Positions 36,801 to 48,800 of a stretch of DNA of 64,000 nt are shown here, in pieces. Numbering within the stretch: the stretch's first letter is position 1; each line of letters opens with the position of its first letter. This DNA is from Asterias rubens. Its lineage: Eukaryota. The stretch covers positions 6,200,001 to 6,264,000 of the forward strand of contig NC_047066.1 of NCBI RefSeq assembly GCF_902459465.1, in the 5' to 3' direction. The notes beneath the pieces were generated by a model. It worked only from the letters and a program-made list of their open reading frames with translations, did no database searches and had not been told where the DNA came from. Made by a program: the position numbers and the translations under genes.

Positions 36801-39800
36801 CAGAACACTCTTCCGTAAATCTTCTTTTCCTTGCTTTCTGCCAGGTTCTCATTCTCTCTATCCCATTCATCAAGGATTTCAACCACAACTTCGTCCATGT
36901 CTAGGGCCTGCCCTTTTTTCTTTTTACCGCAGATCCATATCTTCTCGGAGGAACATTCACCCTTTGGAATCGCAAAGACGTACCCCGATGTCTCAAAATG
37001 AAACCAACATCTCTTGAAGGTGTCTGGATTACTCGAAACCAGTGACAAACCTTCCCAGCGCTTTTCTTCAGACAGCATCTCTAAGCCATTTTCCTGATCT
37101 TTCTCCTCATCTTCCACATCACAACAGCCAGCACCCTGGAGATTTGATCGGTCATAGTGGAAGTTCAATAACCTAATTGAGTTGTTCTTATTTTGCATGC
37201 GTATCTTCTGTTTCTCGCGAGAATTCGGCATCATCTTTATTTCAGGCAACTCTTCACGGTTAGGTTTTCTTTCCACTGCCCTCTCCTGAACGTCAACTTT
37301 TGCAATACTTTCTTGTTCATCATTTCCACCCGCTGCAGGCTGCTGTCCATCTGCACCTCCGCCTTGTCGTTGAGCTAACTCTTCGACGGCATTTCTATTT
37401 TGGATATTAACCTTGGCAATGCTTTCTGCTTCATTGCCTCCTCCAGGCTGACTTCCACCCATATTTTCTCCTTCTTGGTGTTGAACTGCCACCGTTCTGA
37501 AAGGCTTCTCCTGAATGGCAACCTTTGCGATACTTTCCAGACCATCTGGTCCCTGATGACCTGCATTCATGTCATCTTGCTGTTGAACTACATCTCCATC
37601 TAAAGGTTTCTTCTGAAAGGCAACCTTGACGATACTTTCCAGACCATCTTGTCCCTGATGACCTGCATTCATGTCTCTTTGTAGCTGACCAACATCTTCA
37701 TGCTCTCGTTCCTTCTGAATGGTAACCTTTGCTATACTTTCCAGCCCATCACCTTGTCCATGATAACCCACATCTCCATCCAAAGGTTTCTTCTGAAAGG
37801 CAACCTTGACGATACTTTCCAGACCGTCTGGTCCCTGACGACCTACATCCATGTCTCCTTGCAGTTGACCAACATCTTCATTCTCTCCTTTCTTCTGAAT
37901 GGCAATCTTTGCGATACTTTCTGGCCCATCACCTTGTCCACGATCACCCACATCTCCATCCGAAGGTTTCTTCTGTATGGTTACCTTTGCGATACTTTCC
38001 AGACTGTCTGGTCCCTGACGACCTACACCCATGTCTCCTTGCAGTTGACCAACATCTTCATTCTCTCCTTTCTTCTGAATGGCAACCTTTGCGATACTTT
38101 CTGGCCCATCACCTTGTCCATGATCACCCACATCTCCATCCGAAGGTTTCTTCTGTATGGTTACCTTTGCGATACTTTCCAGACCGTCTGGTCCCTGACG
38201 ACCTACATCCATGTCTCCTTGCAGTTGACCAACATCTTCATTCTCTCCTTTCTTTTGAATGGCAACCTTTGCGATACTTTCTGGCCCATCACCTTGTCCA
38301 TGATCACCCACTTCTCCATCCGAAGGTTTCTTCTGTATGGTTACCTTTGCGATACTCTCTTCAGTGGCTTTCTCCATCATTTCTCTTCTGTTGTCCTCTT
38401 CAACTTGTCTTTCCATCTCACGCAATATATATTCCTCATCGTCTTGGTAGACTTCTGAGTCATCCTCACGAGTGGCACCCTCATCGTCATCCTGTGTTTC
38501 CTGAGCTTCCTTCAAGGGTCCACCTAGTGTCGGAAATTCCTGCTCATCGTCGAGGTCGAATGGCAGTAATTGTTCTCGGTTCTGGTGAGAAGGTGAACTG
38601 TTGGTCATCTTCTTGGAGGGCTTGAAAGGAGTTGCTTTTGGATTCAACTTTCGATTTGCTGATTGGATCTCTCCCTCAATGGCTTTGACTGTAGTTCCCT
38701 GTTTGGGTCACAAAGAAACGAAGAAGAAATAAACTTTAGATAGGATTCCTTTGTACTACGCAAAAGTCAAAGTTTAAAAAAAATTGTTTAGTATGTCATT
38801 TTTATGATTGTGATCTAATAAGCTATTTTGTGAGAATCGAAATCTGAGCACCTTTATTGTGTTAATGAAATTACAAAGTTAAATTCTCAGTGAATTTCTC
38901 TTTCTAACTGCATGGGTTATAGTTAGCCATCAAGCCATATTACACAGTAGTTTTACACCAGTTCATCTGTCATGTTTGAGGCGGTAAATGTGAATCAAAA
39001 TCTGAGAAGTACCTTTATTGTGATAATGATGTTTAAAAATTACATTCTCAGTGAAATACTCTTTCTATAAACTGCACTGATTATCAATTAAATTCAATTC
39101 AATTTAATTTAATTCAATAGGGTTTATTAAAAATATATCAAAATAACAAGACAGAAGTTAAGAAGACTTAAATTGACATGTTAACATTCATTTTTGTTAA
39201 AAATTACACACACAAAAAACACAACGCATAGACGTAAAAAGGAGGAGAAAGTAGGCCTATTGCAAAAAATTTTACCCAACCTCCAAAAACCCCAAGTACA
39301 TTATAGTTCGCCATCAATTCATAATAATGCACAATAGTTTTTTTGCAACAGTTCATCTGTCTTTCTATGTTTGAGGTGGTTTACATGTAAGCAGAAAAAC
39401 CTGACTCACCAATGGATGCAGACTTTCGTTTTGTTCGCAGCATTTCAAAAAGTCCTGCCAAATAGTGGAACAGCGACCGACAGAGCACAAGGCAACTGGA
39501 TCACCAACAACACACAGCACCGACTGGGCACGAGTAAATGCGGTGTTGACCAGCTTCGGATCAGAGAGGAGTCTGTAGTCCAATTCTGAATCCACATCTT
39601 GACGACTGTTAATGACCCTGGTGCGGACTGTGCTGATGATAACTGCTCGAAATTGCTTTCCTGCATTGAGGTGTAAAAAGTCAAACTTCAGGTTCATATT
39701 TATTAAAAAAGAAGGCTGTATTAAACAGCGTTCAAACATTTCATCGGTTAATCCTAAATGAACATTGAAATCCATTTCCAAATTTCCTTCATGTGACTAA

Positions 39801-42800
39801 AAAAAGGTAAAATGTAAGCCTAAAAAATTTGCACAGATTATTTTTTGTATATATCTACATTTATATAGGATTACACTGTTCGAACGGTTAAAAAACCCAA
39901 AGGTAAACTTTCCCTTTAAAGAAAAAAAAAAATCAAAAATCTTTGTTTTTAAATATTTGGTTCACTTAAGGCATTACTTTATTATTCAGTATATAGATTA
40001 TATTAAGAATCCATTCCATATTTAAATTAAAATTAAAATTTGGAGTGGGTGATTGGGTCAAAAATGTTTTACCATTTTTAACATCGACTGTTCTGAATGG
40101 CCCAGAACTATTGGAGGTTGGTGAAAAAATGTATGGATTATTAATTTTTTGTTTGACTTGTTCAAACTATTATTGTTCTAGAGGTAAAAACAGGTTAAAC
40201 AATTATTAATCTATAACAGGTTAAACAATTATTAATCTATAACATGTAAAACAATTATTATTCTAGTCGTAAAACCGTTATTATTCTAGAGGTAAAAACA
40301 ATAATTAGTATAGATGTAAAACAGTTATTATTTTAAAGGTACAACAGTTATTTTTCTAGAGGTAAACCAATTATTTTTCTAGAGGTTAAACAATTATTAT
40401 CGCAGAGGTAAAACAAATTATTCTCATAGATGTAAACCAGTTATTATTTTAAAGGTAAAACAATTATTATTCTAGAGGTAAAACAACAATTCTAAAATGT
40501 GGAATCAATATTCATCTAGATTTGTTCCAGTGATTGGTTTCCATCAACAACATTTGTTTAATTCCCTTTGTATAACAAAAAGGGGAATGGGTTGATTTGA
40601 AATGGAAAAAACACAAGAATTACAAAAAAAGTTAGAAAAATCCTACCTTGGACATTATCCACAGTGTCGACCGTCACATTGTGAAATCCTTCCTTCCTCA
40701 GATAAGCTCGTATTAGATGCACCTGCAAAACAAGTGATTTGAGTTAATTGATTGATTGAGTTTTTTATTTATTTATTTCCTCAAAACCTCCAAAACTGGA
40801 AAAGATAAAAAGATTTATAAAAATTAAATCAAATATACAGTATAAGGGACAGGTTGAACAAAATAAAAACATTTTAGTGGGATTTGTACCTGCATATACC
40901 CATGATTGGGTTTTATGGGGTCTCTACTTGACTAGCACTGCTTTGTGGAGACCCCAACAACTTAAAGGCACTGGACACCTTGAGAAACTGTCAAATTCTC
41001 ACCTTGTGTATCCCAAAAATGCAACGAAGTTGCAAGAGAAAAATGAAAGAAAAAACACCCTTGTTGCACAAATTTATGTGCTTTCAGATGGCTAATAAAA
41101 AGCTTCAGGGCTGAAGTCTTTTAGTATTTGAGTGAGAAATCAACCTTGATATAACAGTTTAGAATCAGACTGGTGAAAACTTTTGGTTGTTTTCCCCCAA
41201 AGAAACCTATAAATGACCTCGGTCAGTTATGATTGTTTGCAGCACTTGCGCCATCAATTCACCCCCCACCCATGGATTTCAAAGACCTGCTTGAACGAAA
41301 ATGTCAATTCGTGAATTTGCTGAATATTTCATTTCAAATGTTTTCAATGAATAAGGAAATATGATTATAAAAAGCGTTTAATTGTGTAAGCAAAAAAATT
41401 TGAATACCCTTATCCAGCATTTTTCTTGGAGATTTGCAAAAACTCAGTTACGTAATCACTTTCAAAGCGTCATAGTTGGGAGCTCCAATTTGTAAAGCAG
41501 CTTTGTTGCAGCGTGGAGGTATAACAAAGCAAACTCGAAGCATTGTCCTTTGAGGGGGGGGCCTGATTTTTTAATCGATAATTATAAAAAATTCAGAAGT
41601 GTACACATATAAAAAATTACATTAAAATGGTGAACAAGTGCATTATAAACAAAAGTTAAAATACCATATCCGTTAAAAACATTCCGCCCAAGTAGCTGTT
41701 TAATGTACTTTCAAAAAAATACACAACTGTTCTTGATGTTAAGTTAGCTTAACCTTCATACTTTTTTGCCCCCTCACTTCTCATTGAAACACAATTACTG
41801 GACTTGACATTGTGATAAAACGCATCATACCTGCATAATGTAAGCAGCCAAAACAGCAACATTTTCTTGGAAGTCTCCCCATTCTGCAGTAAGCCATCCT
41901 TCCATCAGCAGTTTCACTTGTCTTACTACTTCATGAGTCTAAATGGATGTAAAAAATACAGAACAAGGCTTTAAAGACACTGGACACCTTTGGTAATATT
42001 ATCAAAGACCAATCTTCTAACTTGGTGTATCTCAACATTATGCACATAATAACAAACCTGTAAAAATATGAGCTCAATTGGATGTTGATAATAATGGAAG
42101 TAAAAAACACCCTTGTCATACGAAGTTGTGTGCTTTCGGATGCTTGATTTCAAGACCTCACGTGCGAGGTCTCAAAATCAATTCAAATATTTTACTGAGA
42201 AATTACTTCTTTCTCAAAAACTATGTTACTTCAGAGGGAGCTGTTACTCACAATGTTTTATACTATCAACATCTCTCCATTGTTTGTCACCAAGTACGTT
42301 TTTATGCCACCAACTATTGTGAGTAATTACCAATAGTGTCCTGTGCCTTTAAATCACTTCATGTTGGATGATATTTTGGATGCAAACTTCTTTTGATTAG
42401 ACTTATGCGGACATTTTAAAAGTTTTCTCATTTTTATTAACAACCTGTGAGTCTATACTCAGGCAATTTGCAGGGTTTATCACAGACCCGGCATACTATT
42501 GCTGTGTGATGTACACAAACTGGTCTTTAGAATGATGCAAGCCTGGCGCATATACAGCCATGTTTATCTAGCCGATGATAACACATTTTACCTTGAATGC
42601 AGCAAAATGAAGTATACAAACCTCATAGTTGTTGGCATAGGACATTCCCGAGTGGTATTCAACTCCCTTCACTACACAAAACGTCATTGGCTTGACATGT
42701 GGATGCTCCAGGTGTCTTATCCCGGCCTTCAGATTCTGCTTGTAAAACGTCTTGGAGGTGAAATCCAGAATCGACTGGCAGGTTCGGTAGTTTGACGTCA

Positions 42801-45800
42801 GGAACTTCTGCTTGCATTTCTTCGTCAGCAACAAACGCTGCAATAGAGAACTGTCCAAACCCGCATCGCGAACTGCCTTTGAGTAAACCTAAAAGACATT
42901 TTAATAAAGTGAACAGCATGAATGCATGTGACATTTAAGCAAAGGCGTAGTTTTAGGAAAAGTGCTCTTGATCATTCCAGATATTTATCATGAAATTCAC
43001 GAAAGTAGAACATTGCAGTTTTAGTTGCCATTTTACTAAAAAGGCTGGAATAAGTCCCAAGGTTCAACTTGCAAATTTTGTTCAAAGGGAACTTTGGGAT
43101 TTCATTCTACCCTTCTGGAATACTTTAAAAGAAAATAAGAGCTACACTCTGTTAATATTTCTCAGAAAAGAGCGTTCATCACATACTTTTCTTTATCTAA
43201 CATTCAATGATTCTGATTGTAGAAGCACACAGAGATATTACAATAGTTTTTCTTGTTTTGTTTTAATCAATCTGTCTGTTTATTGTTCTAAAATTTGTAG
43301 TGTTTATAAATCAAGTGTGGGATAATAAAGTTCTTATGTTTTCTTCTTTGTTTTTAGTTTGGTATTTCCAGTGATGAAAACCAAACTTACCTTTGGACTC
43401 ATTTGCATATGATCACCGGTCAACACAACGCATGTATCTTTGGTTGCCAAGGTCAATGGTATCAAGACTTCAGCTTCAAGGACCTGGCCCGCCTCGTCAA
43501 TGAAGATATGAGAGAAGTTTCCATGAAGGCCAGCCGAGACAAGATGCGTTGCCGTGGTAAGTGTCGTCACAACAACTTGGGCTGCTAGGATTTCTGTTTT
43601 ATCCGGAAGACGAATGTTGCCGTTGGCATCCTTGGGGACATACTCAAGGACGGTAGGGTGGATGGATTTTTTGTTGCGCATCGTTGCGTAAATCCGGATC
43701 ATGCGGAATGTTCCATTGTCTCTAAGGTACAAGTCAGCAGCACTGCAAAAATAAGAAGAAAGTCAATCATGGCTTCATATTTATCATCAGATTTTCTACC
43801 CTACAAAACTCTTAATGAACTGCATTCTATTTTTGGGTTGAATAAATTATCAGAGCTCAAATTTCTTGCCAACAAACCAATAAGACTGCAACCTTTACTT
43901 TACCAAAAATATTTTTTACTCAAATTTCACACCCAACGCTCCAAATTACACTATGGTTGTACCCACAAGTTAACTGAACTTACTAGTTATTTTTTATCAG
44001 AATTATTTAAAAACTTAAAAACTCATACCTGTTTGAGTGTGTGCAGATTAGAATCTTACACGACGGTCGTGGTTTTAGGATTTTGTTCACCGCCATCGCC
44101 ATTGTTGAGGTCTTTCCTGTTCCAAAGGGCCCATACATCAGGACTGGTCCAACACCAGGCATCGGTGGCGCTTCGCTACCGCCATGTTTACTGATTAAAT
44201 CAATGACTTTTTGTTGATGTGCGTTGATTTTCTCATCAGTGCCTACACCTGATGAAGGGAATGGAGGTAGCCTGAAAATGTGAATCAAGAAAATGTTCAG
44301 TTCTGGTTATTAAAAAGCAATGCCAAAAAATCCTTGTGAAAAATATTTGTGAAAGTTTCTGAACAGAAACCGCTCCCTCTGAAGTGAGGTAGTTTTCGAG
44401 AAAGAAGTAATTTTCCACGAATTTGATTTTGAGACCTCAGATTTAGAATTTGAGGTCTCGAAATCTGAAAGCACACGACTTTGTGTAACAAGGGTGGGTT
44501 TTTTTTTCATTATTATCTCGCAACTTTGACGACCAATTGAGCTCAAATTTTCACAGGTTTGTTATGTAATGCATATGTTGAGATCCACTGAGCGAGAAAA
44601 CTGGTATTTGACAATTACCAATAGTGTCAAGTGTCTTTAACTAATAGAGATACATCATCATAAACTTACATCTGTGGCCCTTCTCCCTCTGGAAACACTA
44701 AATCCATGTTCTGCATCTCATCTATGCCAAAGTGCTTGACACAAAAATGTTCTCGATTGAGCTGAAATTTGAGCTTAACATTACGCTCCACTCCATCCTC
44801 AAGTTGTAGGTCTGCGATACACTCCTTACTCAGCTTGATGAGTAGCACCTCCTCCTCTTTATCCCCCAATGTCTGGTTGGGAAGTATGGGAGCTTCATAA
44901 TGTGCCAACTGTTTCAATAAAGAAAAAATGCATTATTTATACCTCATTGACACAAAATCACCAGCCAAATCACCATAATCACCAGCTAGTGATGATTAAT
45001 TTGGATAGTACGGTTCTCCTGTATATTTTTATTATGCTTGTGCAATTTGCCATTTTTATATTGTATTTTTTTCATTTTCTTTGTGATTTGGTTTACAATA
45101 GAGTATTTCGTTGTTTTATTCTGTTGTTTGTCTGTTATAGTTGTGCTGGTCCCTTGTCCCTTTTTAAAATTGTTATTATGTGTAAACAAGGGTCCCCATT
45201 TAGTGGGCCTGTGTGCCTGTTCAGGGCTTCCCTTTTGCACCAATATAATTTTGTATGTATTTGTGCAATGAAGGTAATAAAATTATGAAAATTAAAATGA
45301 AGACCTAGATAGCTCAAACAGTGGAGCGTCGGTGTGGCAGGAGATTCTGTCCCTCCAGATTCTGTCCCCCCGTATGGCGAAGTGTGCAAACTTCTTCTGA
45401 GAACACACTCTTGTCATCCTCCTTCAGCCTATGTTAATTTCCCATCAAATGGGGAACAGAATCTCCGACGGACAGATTTCCCTGGGACACCAGCACATTA
45501 ATCCGGAGGTATAATTAGTTTTTGGCTCAGGTTTACATACAACTTTGATTTCCTAACAAACCTTATCAGAGTCGGTAAACTCGAGTAGCACACTCTGGAC
45601 ACTCTTGATGAAGATCTGACTAGCCATTGTGTCATCTATGAGAGACTCTTTGAGACTGACTGAAGCAAAAAAATATCCATCTTGAGCATATTCTGTACGG
45701 ACGCCCGGCAGCGCAGCCTGCAATGAAACCTTCAGTGTACCTGATGTTGCGAACCTTCAAGGAGAAAGGGAAAAGGTATTAGTAAATATTCTAGAAAAGT

Positions 45801-48800
45801 AGGAACAAAATTTTGTACTTTTTAGAAAGGTAAATAGAAAATGTTAACTTCAGTTTCCTTTACTTGGTGTTGTGAACCTTCAAGGAGAAAGGGAAAAGGT
45901 TAGTTAGAAAATATTTTAGAAAAGTAGAATTTGTTTAAGTGTTCTTTCTTGAAATGTAAATATGCTAACTTCAGGGTTTTTTCAACTTTAGACATGACTA
46001 TTATTATGCCAAATTCTTGATATTTTGCCATTTGTTTAATTATTGTTATAACTTGTTTTTTGGGACAAACTAACCGAGCAATCTTCTTGTTGCACTCATT
46101 TTCTTCCCGATAAAGAGCATCATGCATGACTTGTTTGTAGTTTTCCCGACTGAGTGGCTCTAAGCGGCCATGATCACTGCTGAGCGAAACCGGTACTTTG
46201 TACTTCTCCAGTAATTCCTCCTCAATAAGTGTTGGTTTATTGGTCTTTGATTCGTCAGTAAACTTGACAACTGTGCAGTTGGGTTTCATGGATATTTCGT
46301 CTTGTGTTGTTGGTGTTTGCAGTGCTTGGGAACCAACTTCAACCTGTTGTGAAAAACAAAAAGAATTCCCTGATTCTTGTTAAAAAGTTTGCGAACAATA
46401 CAAACAATGTCAATAGGGAGCTGAATTAGGTTTAAACATTGATCAAATGGATTCAGAAATTCTAAATTTTTAAAAGTATGCAGTAAAACAATTAAGAAGA
46501 AACGAAAAGCCATTGCAACGAAATCAAGTAGGCCTATAATTAAAGGATTTTGTTACCTTTTGTTTATCAAGTTTTTGGCCATGACATTCATCTCTACCCA
46601 CTGTGAATGGAGTGTAATATATAATTTACTTGTAGAAATTTCAGCTTCAAGTTTTTGAGGAAAAAAAAGGTGAAAATCACAGAGCAGTGTTTTAAGGAGA
46701 GTTGCGTAAATACGTTGCACATGCTAAACAATAAATTTTGACATTGTTTTACTCATTTCTCAAAAACTCAGCACCTCAGCAAGTAAAATTTCAAGTGAAG
46801 TTTCTACCATCATAATCTTCAAACTGCGTAAGATTTAATGTAAATCTGCGGGGGAAAAAGTACCCACACACTTTAAACAAACTTACCATTATTTCCCGGA
46901 CTACCATCGGCCTGCTACCAAAATCAAACGCCACCAACTGCTTGAAGGAGCCCATGCTACTCGACTCAAATGCAACACTGACACAATATCTTGGGCTGGC
47001 AGCAACATCATCATCCCGAACTTCAAGAAAAACGCCAGGGCACTCCTGTAGTTTAGCTCCACTCTCCAAAGGGTTGAGTAGGTGGAAATACTTCCGGTGA
47101 TCATCACGAAGCAGGTAAACTTTCCTCAGAGGATTCTTACGAGTAAAACAAAGTAAGAAAAAAACACCAGAAATTTAGTTTGGGTTTATGTTTAAATTGC
47201 ATTGTAGTTTTATTTCACACAATAGTGGCGAGGACAAGTTTCTTATGTGAAGTGAATCCCAAAGTGATTTGCCTGTGGATTTTTGTTTACAGAACTTGTG
47301 GAAGTACTGAGTATACAGTGCTTAATACAAATCGGTGTAAGGGGAAAAAAAATACTATTCTTTATCCGCAGTGCAAAAAAATAACATCTATTAAAACAAC
47401 AAAAACTTTGTCAGGTTGTTTCTTTATCCGTTTGTTTATCAGTTATTACATAGAGGGAATTTTAGTTAATTTCAAGTTAATGATGGCCTGACGTTTCAGA
47501 ATTTTAGTTAAACAGAAATTACCTTCTCTGTTGCTGTGATGTTAAATTTAAATGACTCCTTTGATTTCTCTGTTCCTTCCAAGACTTTAGTCAAATTTTC
47601 ATCAGAGCATTCCATGGTGACTCCTGTGGGAAGCGATGTAGTCATCTGAAAAACAAACGGGAAAATCTTAATCACAATACCCTTCTCAAGAAACATCAAG
47701 CCAAGGTGTTATATGCACACCTTAAATAGTCAAATTTAAGACTTTTTAAGAACCTTTAAAGGGTTTGGGTATTTCTTGTAAAACACAAAACTCAAAAGTA
47801 CACAGACTTACAGATAAACTTAAGATAATGATGGTAGAAAGCTTCCCTTTAAATATAAAACTTGCTGAGGTGCTGTTGATTTTGAGAAATGAATAAAACA
47901 ATTTTCTGGTTAACTGCGTCATCGCATGAGCAACTTTTTTTTGGGTAACTGGCACAAATATTTGAGGAAGTTTCAACACAGAGTACTCTATGTTGCAACT
48001 TCCTCATAAAGCATCGAGCACGACCACGACCACGACCCGGACGGTTTTAAACGGCCGCTTAAGACCTCGTCGCCTGATCTTTTATTCCCTAATTTTGAGC
48101 ACAATGGGTATTATATAATTTGATAGAATTATTTATGAAGTTGCTGTGTCAAAATTGACCTGAATATTTAGATTTAAATTTTGAATGGCTATTTTTATAG
48201 TTGAAAATTGCCAGTTAAGTGGTAGTTAATTATAAAAAGTAAAATAAATAAATAAATAAATTATTATCAGGATTGTGATTTATCTTAACAATTTAGCATG
48301 TTACATGTGTTTTGTGAATGGTCCATGGCATATATGCAAAAATAAATTATGAGTTTTTTTATTTTTAAACGACATCATTTGCCAAAATTCATCAGAGAAG
48401 ACAGTTTCACAGTACAAGTAGTTCAAACAATTACTGCATAAAAACCTACCACATTTTGTCCAGCATTTTGCCATTCCAGAAGATCACCCTCAGTGAGAGG
48501 ATACAATTCCTGCTCCTTGGCCATTCTTCTCTTCATCATACGGTATTCGCATCTCTCCTTCCATTCCGCTAACTCCTCTCGGCTGTGTGCGTCGGTGCAA
48601 CTAGACTCACCCAAGAGGCAAGTTCCTCCCTCCACTCTGTTGTATGACAGAACATTATTCATTAGGAAACATAAGCATCTTTTTCATAAGTAATTTTCCA
48701 CGAATTTGATTTCGAGACCTCAGATTTAAAATTTGAGGTCTCAAAATCAAGCATCTGAAGCACACAACTTCATGTGACAAGGGTGTGTTTTCTCTCATAG

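Noticed and set aside
37700-38625. Plus-strand ORFs of 252 aa and 238 aa overlapping the giant exon
   Set aside because: Antisense shadows: a stop-free 180-nt repeat unit propagates open frames. No splice or homology support.
33861-38698. Possible horizontally acquired bacterial RNase R/II gene
   Set aside because: The exon has canonical splice sites in phase with flanking helicase exons, and the architecture matches metazoan HELZ2.
37283-40486. CRISPR-like appearance of the regular repeats at 37283-38359 and 40168-40486
   Set aside because: Eukaryotic context, no unique spacers between identical repeats, no cas genes.
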